The notes beneath the pieces were generated by a model. That model ran no database searches. It was not told the origin of the DNA and saw nothing but the letters and a program-made list of their open reading frames with translations. The translations under genes and the position numbers were made by a program. From the human T2T-CHM13v2.0 reference genome, Homo sapiens: a stretch of DNA of 64,000 nt. Of this stretch, positions 11,561 to 24,047 are shown one piece after another. Every line of letters begins with the position of its first letter. Positions within the stretch are counted from its first letter, which is position 1. The stretch lies in assembly GCF_009914755.1 (NCBI RefSeq), contig NC_060926.1. One strand, written 5' to 3'.

Positions 11561-14500
11561 ATGTGTGCAGAAATAATGATTTAAACTAATTTTAATGATG
11601 TCAACTAAACAACAAATGAAATACTTATTGACACAAGTACTAACAATTGGGCAGTAAAATTGGGAAGAATAGGTGTTTAATGGTACAATACAATGCCTCC
11701 TAATTTTCATTGTTATTTTTAAACTTCTGTCTACTGGTAATATATCATGAAACAGATCTAAGTTCACTTTTTAAAGACAAACAATATCCACATAAAATCA
11801 AAACAAAAAGCTGTTAACACTGTCTATAGGGAGTTACACTGGTGTTAGGTTGGGGGAAGAGGCTTTTAGTTTTCATTTCTATTTTTGTTGGGCAGGTTAT
11901 ATTTTTACCCAGGTGCGTATATTAGTTCTCTAATATAATTCCAGGTTAAAAAGATGATCTTTTATAATTATGTATCCTGGGCTAATCTCTTAATATATTT
12001 ATCATTATTGAACCTGAATGAATTGGCAGTGGTTCTAATAAACAAATTTGCTCTCATAGAATAAAAATTCAGCATTATAGAATATTAAAATATTGTGAAT
12101 ATCAGGCTTAGGATCTTAGCCTTTCAAGATCCTAAGGGTAAGGTAGAATGAGACTACAAAATCTTAGGCTATGCGCTCATAGTGTTAGTGGCACCTAAAG
12201 GGAGCACACATTTTCAACCAACTCTAATGAGACCTTCGTGGAGAATGCTGGTTTTCATATTGCAGCGTCTTCTTCCATTTCCATTCTTCTTCCAAATATG
12301 CCTTCAACTAATCCCAAGAAAACTAAAGCAACCATGGATTCATAAGTGAGGTTTTGATAATTACCTTCACCAAATCCTCCATCGCTTCCTTTTATATGTC
12401 ACAAAGTTGCCACATTCTGTATTTCCCTTTGCTACATCATCTTATGCAGCAAATAGAAGGCTATGCTAAATAAACAGAGCAAAAACACAATCTGTATAAA
12501 AATTGAAAGCCATTTAGCCTTATAGAAGAAATAATCCAACTCTGGTACCTGTATTGAGAAAATAGAAGTAAGAACAATGTAAATCAAGATACTTCTATTT
12601 TTCATGGTTCCAAAATTTTCTACTTAAAACAGTAGACTTCCGTATAATTAATGTTAAGTCACTGTAGCATTTATATATGCAATGCTCATCCTTTTATACT
12701 AACAAAAAGTCATTCAAATATTTCTTGCGGATATAGTTTTTATATCTCAACACCTTTAAATAGTGTATGCTGGGTTGATTTGAACAAGTTTCAGACACCA
12801 AAGGAAGTTCTCAGACTGAATCTGCTGCAAGGCCCCAGACTTTCAAAAGGACCACTTTGTAGGAGATACTGTCATTAGATGGATAAGTGTGGAACCGTTA
12901 ACTATCAGATACACTGATAGTTACACATGGGGATTCCAGTGTCATTTGACCTGTTTCATTGATGCTGATTGAACAACAAAAATAAAAGTGCATCTTATTG
13001 TCACCAAATTAGTGTGCATTGTTTCTTAAAATCATCTCCAGCCTGGCACCGGAGAAAAGGAGATTATAACCACTGAGTACTCCTTGCTTAATTGCAAATT
13101 TGGAATACAGTTAAATGTATTACACTTTAGATTTTAAAATGTAACTTGTGTAAAAATAAAGGTTTTATAGACTTCAAGAAATGGGTACCTTGAGTGAGTG
13201 TTCAATACTATAACCGAGTTTATTCAACTTTGCCCACTTATGCAGTATAAGTGGTTTAAAACACAATGCAGAAATACTACTGAGTCTAGTAAATGAAATT
13301 ATCAATGTGATTTTGCTCCTTCTCAGTCAAGACTAACTCAAATCCCTTCTCATCTTTCATTTATTAATCATTCCTGCTCCATCAGATGCCCAGGACCCGA
13401 AATAATCTAGAGTCCATCCTATTAGTGAATCAAACCATCTAGCTAATATATCCAAAAGCATATTAACTTTATTCATTATATACTTATAAATACTAAAAAG
13501 ATCAGATGCCAAATCTTTGTTTTAGAAATTGAGAAGATGAGACACAGAAATTAAAGAGGTGTGGAAAGGACAACATGGAACAGAAACAATTGGCCCAGAG
13601 GTCTGAATAGGTTTCAAAATCAGCCTGGTCTAAAAGGGAGGTCTTGGGCTGAGGGACAATATATCTCTAGTCCAGTGGTCCAGAGCATACAGCAGGATGC
13701 CCTTTTGTCCATCACTCTTAGTTGGAATGACAGCCACCTCCAAATCTAGTTTGGAGTCTAGTGACATTGGGATATGGAATATGACATTAGTATCCAGAAT
13801 ATTCTGATCTCAAAGCCATGTTTCATAATGCTCATAAACAACTAAGGCCACTAGAGCCTGGAATTATGATTATTACTTTCCAACTCTTTGTCCTCATATT
13901 ACTTGATCCCTCTTGTAGTGATTTTTCAAATGCTATGTTGTAATCAAGATCCTTTCGTAATTTTATTTGAGAATACCGCCCTGGGAAAGAATAAGAGCAG
14001 TGGACACAGTCTGCTTTGGCAACAATACCAAGCATTGCAAGCCTAAGGACACAGTGAATACCTCTCAGTCTAGGGAGAAGCCTCAACTCATTACCCAACA
14101 CCAACAGTACCCTACTTTTTAAACTGTCAATCCTGACAATGTATACCATGTCTGGGGTATCTTCTATGAGATAAATATGAACTCCACTCTTTAATGCTTC
14201 ACAAATAATTGAGCTAATCCCCAAATCAAGTTAAACCATGTTGTCTTAGTATATTCTTCTGAACTGGTCAGAACTCGACCTGTAGACATTCTTGAAACTC
14301 CATACGAAAGTAAATCACAACAAAGCAAAATGATCATGCATGCTTAAGACCCTGAGTTTCCATCTGTTTTCTCTAAAATGACCCACACTGAGAAAATTGC
14401 TTAACATGCACAAGGTAAGCCCCATTTTATAAGCCAGTAATGGAGAAACCGCAGTAACTAATTAGCTCCTACCAGTACAAGTCAAACTGTTATTAACAAA

Positions 14501-15703
14501 ATCTGAAAGTTAAATAGAGGTTCATTACTTCCCTAGTCATTGGCGCCCCCTCCCTGGGGAGTGTTTAACTCATAGCAATGGTTTTGGCTTTGCTTGACTA
14601 AATCTCACTATGAGAAAGGAATAGGCACTTGTGCCCAAGTCTGAAGGAACCCAGAGGTGTGCCAAGCCAACCATTAAGCTGTGCAGAAAAGTAGATGGTT
14701 AGAAATTGGCATGCAGAGACTTCTCTTCCAAATCAGTCTGAAGTATGGTGAGAAACATTGTTCCAAGGCTTTTGTTTTCCCCCCCGATGGGTTCCTTTGA
14801 GACAACACTGAAAAATGGCCCATCTCCATCTTTCTATTCAAGAAAAACATTGTTAAATAGGTTTGTGTTACTTCCCACTCTTCTAAGGACCTTTCAAGGG
14901 AATATAGGGTTTACAATGTTGGACAGTTGGCAGTATGTAAAGAAGAAAGCAACAGAGTGTGTATAGTCAGTTTTCCAAAGAGAACAAAGGCCAAGGCAGG
15001 TATGTAGCTTAATAATTATGGATTTGCCTTGTAAGCAGGAACAACCCTGCAGAAGTTAACCCATCGCTTGCCATTATCTCCCCTCCTGCTTATGGACTCT
15101 GTCATATTCAGCAGTGAAATGTAAGGTATTAAAGGATAGAACTTCCATGTAGCTCCATTTCTATCCCCTCTCCACCTTGAACCAGAAGGAGCGTCAGTGC
15201 CCTTATAAAACATGAGATACCTATGAAGTTTGATCTCTGCCAATTGACTGAAAATAGGATTGTTAAACTGTGGTTCATAACATTTTATTTGCTCTTTTTT
15301 GATTTCAATATTCAACTTTGTAAATTAAAATTAATATATACTTTTCTGGAAAAACATCTTACAACTTTTAGAGTTGGTGTCAAGAAAATTGCCTTTTTAT
15401 TGTGTTTTTTTATTCCAGTAACTTGGGTGAGTCACATATGACTGCCGTGACCGTTTCCATCTGTGATCCTAACTATGAATATCCCTAACTATGGCGTAAA
15501 CAAAGGTAAGCAGGTGTCTTTGTTGTAGGACTTTTCAGAATTTTAAATTATATGTTAAAATAAGGTTTTAAATACAATATTCATAGAGAGTATTCAAAAA
15601 GAATAAAACATAGCACTTCCTAAGGTGTATTTTTTAATCACAAGTCTGTTCTTCACAGTACATAGAAATTCTATGGGGTGGTTTGAGAAATGTTTGACTA
15701 ACC

Positions 15704-15891
15704 CAGAGTTTCCTAAACTTGGCACTATTGACATTTGAACCAGATAATTCTATGTTGTGAGCAATGTTCTGTGCACTGTAGAATGCAGAGCCCCTGCCCA
15801 CTGGATGTCCTCAGCATCCCCAGTCATAATAAAAAAATGTCTCCAGACACTTCCAAATGTCCCTCAGGGGCAAAATCATCTGGAAAAACTG
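15704..15891 (-). mobile_element. MER20 (hAT-Charlie MITE)
   Basis: CTTGGCACTATTGACATTTG...ATAATTCT...TGTCTCCAGACACTTCCAAATGTCCCTCAGGGGCAAAATC. Confidence 0.85.
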
Positions 15892-16019
15892 ATTTTCAGG
15901 GGTCTTTCTGGCTGGCATGTTCAGAAAAAATGTTCTCCAGACCAGTAAGAGGTAGTATGGGGTAGTCATCGACACCACACTTTGCAAAATTAAAGCTTTG
16001 TGGTTCAAGTACAAAGTTT

Positions 16020-16157
16020 ACTTGTGTTAAATACTACGGAACTTAACACCCAGAATCTTTGGTTTCTGCATCTGTGAAATGGTAATAATAATAATACCAC
16101 CTACCTAGTATAGATGTTATGGGGCTTGAAGGAAATAATGTTTGAAAAGTATACTAA

Positions 16158-16207
<50 letters not shown>

Positions 16208-16282
16208 CACACACATATACTAAATACTCTAAATACTAGACAATGTCTAGTATACAGTAGAGAACTTGGCAAATACCAGCTC
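16020..16282 (+). mobile_element. MIR interrupted by a microsatellite
   Basis: Core GTTTCTGCATCTGTGAAATGGTAATAATAAT and 3' part ACAATGTCTAGTATACAGTAG. Confidence 0.65.
16164..16215. repeat. (TA)n-(CA)n compound microsatellite
   Basis: Directly visible. Confidence 0.95.
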
Positions 16283-16913
16283 TCATTCTCTCTGGAATTC
16301 ACTATCTATTAACCTTGATTTACTTAGTTGCTAATTATTTCTAAAAGTCACTTGCTTTTTCAGAAGCAGGTTACAACCCAAATAATTTCCTTTTTCTTAT
16401 TACTTCTCTCATTTATTTCCCTATCATACTTCATACATCCATACATCAAATAACTATTTTTGAAACTTTCTTGTTGCACTTCTATGCTAGGCTTCTAATA
16501 AGGGGTTTCTGATTCCCTTGGAGGAACAGAAAACACCTGTCTAAAGTTGTTGGTCCTAGAGCTTACACTGTAGTCCTTTCAAAGAAATTCCTAGACAACA
16601 AGAGATTAAATGCAGGAAAACAAACTACTCTAGGTTTTTCAAGCACAGTGGAATTAATATAGAAATCATTGAAAAAGCTAGAGAGCTGACGTCAGGGGCT
16701 ACTAGTAAATTTGCTTTTCAAGGTGACACCTTCATGACACAGACTCGCTGGCAGGAACTATCTGCTTTTATACTATCACCGCTGTCGTTGCCACAGCTGT
16801 CTCAAACCCATGAAGCTGGTGACAAGCAAATGAATCCGCTTCGGACACTCATGTTTGCTAGAGCTTGCTTGTCAGCTAGCATAGACAGAGAGATGGGTTT
16901 GTTGTTCTAATCT

Positions 16914-17231
16914 CATATGAGTACATTTAATTGGCAGAAACTAATTAATATCCAGAATACTAGCTACAAAGCTGTCTAGAAAATATATAGTTGGTGCAAA
17001 AGTAATTGCGGTTTTTGTTGTTGCTTTTAACAGCAAAAACCACAATTACTTTTGCATTAATGTAATATTTACCTTTCCAAATCTTCCCCCCAAAAAGAAA
17101 AGTGAAATTGTGCATGTGAGTGCATTTAATTGGCAGAAACTAATTAATATCCAGAATACTGGCTACAAAATTGTCTAGAAAAAATATGTATTTTTTACCA
17201 TTCCAAACCTTCCAAAAAAGGAAACTGAAAT
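16914..17231. repeat. Diverged tandem duplication (~115-120 bp unit x2)
   Basis: CATTTAATTGGCAGAAACTAATTAATATCCAGAATACT occurs in both copies (16914-17108 and 17113-17231). Confidence 0.9.
16986..17065. mobile_element. MADE1 (Hsmar1-derived mariner MITE)
   Basis: 80 bp near-palindrome GTTGGTGCAAAAGTAATTGCGGTTTTTG...CAAAAACCACAATTACTTTTGCA with TA flanks. Confidence 0.93.
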
Positions 17232-17539
17232 AGAGGCTGATCCCAACATCCAGTTATCCCACATAGACAACCCTATAGAGACACACATCCATAATATTCA
17301 ACAGTGATAATAGAAAGATCCACTTGGTCCTCTCTACTGTAATGTAACAGTCCCCTGTATAAAGATAAGTCTCTTGTTCCCTCCCTTAAAGAGGAGACTC
17401 ATCAACCACTCTTTCTCTTCCTTTGTGTAGTTAATTCTTCATCTATTCAAAATTCCACCCTGAGATACTACAACGTAAAAATTAAATCATGAAGTTCAAA
17501 ACCAACAGTATACTTTATATAAAAGAAAAGAGAAGGAAT

Positions 17540-18250
17540 TTGTTTACTATAATAATATGGCCATAACAAAGAAGGAAAGAAATACGCATTTTCTTGTTTT
17601 TGCAACTGATCGTGAGACCATGGCTGGTATTTATAATTTCCACCTTTCACAATATATTCCACGATTCCTTTACCTTGAGGCAGCACATCAGATTGTTAAC
17701 CATTATTTGCATCTTGGACAACTGAAGCTTCATTCCTGAAGAGTGTGAGCACTGGTATTGAAGTTTCCGATGTCCTCTAAGATACCTCATAGACACTCTT
17801 GTTCAGATGTATTCGCCTGTCTCCTACTGTATAGCAGCAAACCTATTTTTCCTTAATAATCAGCATCATTCAGTAACTGCCTTCCTGTTTACTAATCTAG
17901 ATGAACTGGTTCTAATGAGACATCACAGCTACCATCTTTCTCTTCACTGGCATAAAATTCACCCGAGTGTAGTCATTGAAATTCTTGTTATTTGAACCTG
18001 ATCATAACTTGCTTCTCCATGGCACAGCTGTGTGAGTTCCCAACACTGGATTATTGAGGGCTCAGAGGGATTAGGATAAAGTGGGTTTGCAGCAGTAGGA
18101 TGTTCCAAGCCCCACAAAATCATTTCCTGTACCCTACTGTCCTCACTCCTGGTCAAGAGCCAGGACTTTTCAGCAATATAGATGCCAGTTGACTCCTGAG
18201 TTATCACTGACAAAATTATATCCTAAAGTCATAATTTTAACTGCTAACAT
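17540..18250 (-). mobile_element. ERVL internal remnant (pol 3' end)
   Basis: ORF 17468-17686 KGIVEYIVKGGNYKYQPWSHDQLQK resembles the ERVL C-terminal motif (VVEEGSYKYQLRPRDQLQK, recalled). Confidence 0.65.
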
Positions 18251-18394
18251 CTTCAAACAACATTTTCCATTTGGAATTGTTCAGACACATTTACGTTTTT
18301 CTCTACTTTCCTGTTTACCTTTTTTCTGCAGTTATTCACTCATATATACATAGTAAATGATACTATTTTTATCAGCATTATTATAACTATTTTA

Positions 18395-18560
18395 ATTGCC
18401 ATTTTAAAATACTTTACTATACATTACCTCGTTTAATCATTTCAATAATTCTGAAGATAATTGGTGTATCTTACATGTAAGGAAACTGATATAAAGGTCT
18501 AAGTATCTTCTACAACCTCAAGCAGGAATAATAATGGAACCCACAACTCAAACTTTTTAA
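18395..18560 (-). mobile_element. MIR
   Basis: TTTAATCATTTCAATAATTCTGAAG...TTACATGTAAGGAAACTGA. Confidence 0.55.
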
Positions 18561-19904
18561 CGCCTTAGAGAGACGCAAGAGCAGGAATGGAGCCTCTTAA
18601 GTTTTTCTCAAATCTTTCATAGCTTTTGATACAAATTCTCTATTTCTATGCAACAATATGTTTTCTTACCTTCATATGGATCACTGAAAAATGGAATTTA
18701 TTCTTATATTTCTCCTTTTTTTCATTGTAAGGAGGTGATACCCTAATAGTTCTGTAAGTACCCAAAATCAGGATAGTTAAAATTCTATTTCCTTGAAAAT
18801 ATGGAAAGAAATTCTTGATTTTTATCTCAATTTATTAGTAACTAACAGAACTAATTTTAAATTCCATTTTTTCCTCTCTCAGAAATTCTACAAGTACTTT
18901 AAATGGAGCTGTCACTGTGTATCCAAGCAATGAAGCAATGATTGATTTCTGATTCACCTCTGATAAGGCTACTTTTGATCAATTATTGAACATCCCAGGA
19001 GTGCACAGGACTCTTGTATTGTATGTCCTGACAGCACTGTGTGATTTGGCCAATCCATTACTCTTAATGCCTTTGATGTGTTCCTTGCCTGATTAACAGC
19101 TCAATATTTCTAGAGCTTATATTCCTAACAAATCTCACTCTGTGGCATATTGCTTGGCTTTCTGTGTTTCATGACCAATTTGCATACAGTTAAAGAAATG
19201 TTCCCCTAAATATCACTGATCAGCTGGAAAAGAGATATATCAAACAACTATAGCTATCCTAGAGGAAAAACATGGGTAAATCAGTTAAAATGTTAGTCTG
19301 GAAGCCAATTATTTATCACCTAAATGATGATTTCTTTGTATTTTTACTTTGCACTGAAACACATAAAACAATTTCACATGACACAATGACAAAATTGCAC
19401 GCTCCCACACTGGATCCTTAACCTCTCTGAGACTGTGAGTTAGATATATTTTGCATTTGAGATTAACACTGAGAAAACTCCAAATTTAGGACTAAGGCAT
19501 TCATAAAACTATAATTCTTTTCAAGTGAGAAAATCTGTATTACTTAACAGAGACTGTACTATTTAACAAAATCAGAGATGACTAACTCTCTTCATTAATT
19601 CTGACAGTTCATCATAGGGTTGCTTCTGTTGATAAGATCTCCTCTTCATAATTTTCATCTGCCATGAACCTATTTTAGGTTTTTATGAAAAAGCACACTG
19701 TAAATGTGTTTTGGTTTGAAAACCACTGTCAAGTTAAATAATTGTTTATATAGTGTTCATTTTTTCATTCATCCCTTCATTTGATCATTCAATAAATTGA
19801 TTAAATTCTCACTCTGATTAATACAGATGTATGTTGCTAGACATTTGAATGTTGACTTTGAATCATATTCTAATGCAAGATTAATCCTGATGTCAGCAGA
19901 GTGA

Positions 19905-20250
19905 TTCTGCCTCCTTCCAATCCATTTGTCACATAGTAGCCAGAGTGATTTATTTTGTTTTTAAAAACACATAAGTGGATCAAGTCAACTTCATCTTGTG
20001 ATACTTTTCCTTGTCAATTTTTTCCCTTTAAGCTGGCCCTGCCATTCCTAAAACACAAGATCTCTCTGATCTGCCTTAGAGCCTTTGGGCTTGCTATTTT
20101 CTTGTTGCTTATCTTCATTCCCTTGGTTTTTTGTAGGCCTCTTCTTTTATTCTCAGGTAGGCCTACCCTAAGAAAAGTACCCTCTGATATTATCTATTGA
20201 AACTCCATAAGTAAATCTTCATAGCACTTATCACAATAAGTAACTATTTT
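19905..20250 (+). mobile_element. L2 fragment
   Basis: CCAATCCATTTGTCACATAGTAGCCAGAGTGAT...CTTCATAGCACTTATCACAAT. Confidence 0.55.
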
Positions 20251-23200
20251 CTCCCTCCCTCCCTTTCTCTCTCCTATCTACCTATATAACCATCCATCCA
20301 TCTACTCGTCATTTCCTGTCTATCCCAACCATCCCCTCATGCTCTTGCTCATATGCAAACACATATTAGATTTTAATCCCATGGTACAGGAAATTTGTTC
20401 ACCTCAGGAAGGACAGAAGAGGCTCATATTTCACCACTTCAAAACATTTCCACATGACACAATGAACATTTCTCCTATACACATTAGCTTTTTCGCATGG
20501 CCAAGTGACTTTCCTAGTGTCCCCTTCTCTCTTTTCCCTCCTTTCCCCATTGGCTCTCCCTTTTCCATCATCCTCCCTAGAAAGAGACAACAAAGGAAAG
20601 ACCAAAACAAAAATATTTTTGATTTCTTCAACAAAACTATTCGGTTCAGTTCTCCCTAGAAGCTCCAACAAACATCATTCAAGACCTGCTTTTTTATTGG
20701 AAAAGATTTAAACTTTGAAATTACAGTTTATGACTTCACAGAATGCAGTTCTCTTCCCAGTTTCTGCTTGTGGGTGCGAGAGATTCACACTTCCAGTTTT
20801 ACTAGCAAGATTGACATATTTCTATTACAGGATTAGCCCCATATTTCTAATTGTTTTTGCTCATTGGATATGCAGCCTGTACTGAGTCTAGAGAATTTTA
20901 AAAATTACTTCCTAGTTGGCAAAGCAGCACTATGATTCTTATTGCAAGTATGAGAGCATTACATAAAATCAGCTTAAAAAAAAACATAATGTATCCACAG
21001 ACCAACTCAGACCACGAAGTGTTTCAGGGCATCAGCTTATTTAATCATCACAACAATTCCTTACAATTCCTTTAAAAATAAAAGAAAGATTGTTGTTCCT
21101 ATTGACAGATGGACTGGGGAGATTAAAGGCTTTCCCAAGTAGCAAATTCACAGCCAACATGAAAGTTCACTACACAAGAAGGATGGAGGCAATGAGGCTG
21201 AGTGAGAGCAGCCACCCTGTGTCCAGCACAGCACCTCTCACTTGTGCTTTTCCCCATTCCTCTTCCTTGAGATTACTGGTAATAACTATGAATGTCCACA
21301 TCTATAAAACCCAATCATCTGGGTAGAACTTGACATTCAATATTACCACCATATTTCCATCTCAGAAGGTGATGTACCTACAATCCCATTTAGATATACT
21401 GATAACTGGATTCTTAATCCACTTAAAAAGATGAAGGCTTTCAAACTGTTAGGTCTTCCTACAAGTTAGAATGTGGGGAATTTTCAAGTGCTGTGAAGAT
21501 AGGGAGCAGAGAGGCAGGACTTGCCATGTTTGAACTTTCAGGCATCATTGGTAGAATCAGCTTTAACCCACCCTCTACCTCTAACAGGAACATGAGCTCT
21601 ATAATTACATGTCTTCACTGAGCAACCAGCAATCATGGCCACATTCAGCTGGTCTCTTCCTCACCTTATTTGCCCAAAGTAGCAATAATACAACATGCAC
21701 AAAGTCTGTATCTCTGACCCTGATTACTTATCTTTACTCTCATGGCCACAGAATTTCTCACATTTCTGACTAATCAGAAATCATCAGATTAACTAGAAGT
21801 TAAAATGGTTCCCGAATGAGTACTCAGGGAGAATCTTTGTTCCAAATGGTCTTAAATGTCTCCAACCAATGGGGCATCACAGCCGTCCGATCAGTGGCCT
21901 TTGTTAACAAGCATGCCTTGAGCACGTCCACGTCTCCCTGTATAGACCAACTTGCTTCTAATCAGTGAGTATTGGTCTTCTCTACAGATTTGTTTGTTAA
22001 ACCGACATCTACAACAAACATCAGACATCAAAAATGATATCCACCATTTTGCTATATCATCTTAATTAAATGTCAAATTCAAGGAATGCCATTTTCGGCA
22101 GTAAATAAAAGGCGCCACAATAACGTATCGTGGAAATTTTCTCCCCGTTACTCTCTCCTGTTTCCTGAAAATTGTTTATACCATTTTCTCTGACCTCTTT
22201 ATTTTATTGTTTAGTTGCAAACCTTGCTTAAGCTAACATAGTTACTAGTTCATGTAAAGCACAGAGAAGCCCTTGACTCCATTAAAATTAAAATTCAAAA
22301 AAAAAAAAACACCTTATATTAGTGTATGTGGAACCATAGTATGTACCTCAATCACGGGAAAACATCTGCTTAAGAATAACTTAAAGTTCTGGAGAAATAT
22401 CATAAGCTCTATTTATGACTTTGAGCTCTATAATCAGTAATCATCTAAAGAGATCTCTCTAGACTAATATAATCTGAATCAATAGAGTGGAGAAATACTT
22501 TATTTCTTACATGTTTCTCTGTGAAGGCTATGAAGCAAATGCTGCTTTCTCAATCCTCTGCAATGCAGTGCCTGTTTTTTTTTATGTGTTATAGTGTAAA
22601 TATATAAAATTACAGTATAAGATAATTTGTATGTGGCTGTTGAACCTATAGAATCTTCCAAGAAATCTCTGCTCAAGAGTGAACCAGAAAAATAGAAATT
22701 ATACTTTCTCCTTTAAAATGGGATTGTGATATATTATATAGATGAAAATTTTAAAGATACAAAAATAATAACTGATGAAATGATCAGATTCCTTATATTA
22801 CATTGTAGGGTCTCTCATACTCTATCCTGGCTAGTGCTTAAATGTATGTCTCTGAGTGAAATCACTCCTCAGGATCTTTGCACAACTGGCCAGATGTAGA
22901 AGGTACTCTCATCACTATCTTTTCCTCCTATATTGTTTCATTTTTTTTGCCAGACAAAGAGTACTTTGAGGATTATATCTGCATATGTAGTACTCATTCT
23001 TAGTGCTTTCAAATACAATTAGGAAAGGAATAACTTCATTCTTTAAATTTTTCTTACATTTTTTTCCTTATTTGAATTGAATAGTGTACTCAATTTTTTG
23101 TTTAAGTGTTTTTTTCAGGTAATTCAGACCCAACATCTTGAATTGTTATTTTTAATAAAAATGATTTAAGTAGTTAATCATTGGTAATATTTTTATAATA

Positions 23201-24047
23201 GAATAAATTATAAATTGAGTTTTGTGTTGCTATGACTAACAAGTGTAACTGTTGATATTTAAGCAGTTGGTAAGAAATGAGTTTACCAGAGTACCAGGCA
23301 AGGAAACTTTCAGAAAGCCATCTAGTTCTCATTAGAAGGCTTCAATCATTGCAGAGACCATTATGGTATATTCCTTTGTTCTCATTCAATGAAGAAAACA
23401 CACACACACAAAGAACACAAAGCAAGGCCTTTAAAGGTTGCTCTTTAAAGAAAGAAAGAATTAAAACAGTTTAGTCCTTCTTGAATTTGTAACTGCCAAA
23501 TCGCTAATGTAGGCAGGAAATACTGTAGCACACAAACTGCTTCGCCTGATGTAGCATAAACTCACTATTAGGGGGAAATGATGCCAGAAATTTAATAAAA
23601 TAGACACATGATCATGACTTTAATCTCACCAAGTAAGAATGTAAGAGTAATTTACTTTGAAAGTTTCTACAGAGAAACCAAAGATACTGTAATTCCTTCC
23701 TGTTCCTCATCACAGGGCAACCCCTACTTCCAACCTCAGGCCATGGGGCTTGATCTGGGAACATGGAATCACTGGTGAAAGGCATCCAGAGGAGCTGAGT
23801 CACATGTCAGTTGTCGCCCTGGTACAACTATACTCAGCATGCCCTGCTCAAGCTTAAAGTCTCAGATTTATTAAAATTTAATTGATATAATTTAAAAATC
23901 AACTGTTATTTTAAGTAAAAGCAGTTTTACCTTTCCAGAGATTTAAATTACCTTTAAATAATATTTTGTTTTCCCATTTTCCTGCCTTAACCTATTGGCT
24001 ATGATGTAGGACCCTTTTAAGTAAGTTGGTATAATGAAAAGACTATT

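Larger units (their letters stand above)
16570..17260 (-). mobile_element. Old ERVL-class LTR (family uncertain)
   Basis: AAACTACTCTAGGTTTTTCAAGCA...GGAATTAATATAG resembles ERVL LTR ends, and it lies 3' of an ERVL internal remnant. Confidence 0.4.

Noticed and set aside
13832-14224. 130 aa minus-strand ORF in non-repeat DNA
   Set aside because: It starts at a non-ATG codon, has no recognisable domain and no convincing splice context, and an ORF this long is plausible by chance in 64 kb.
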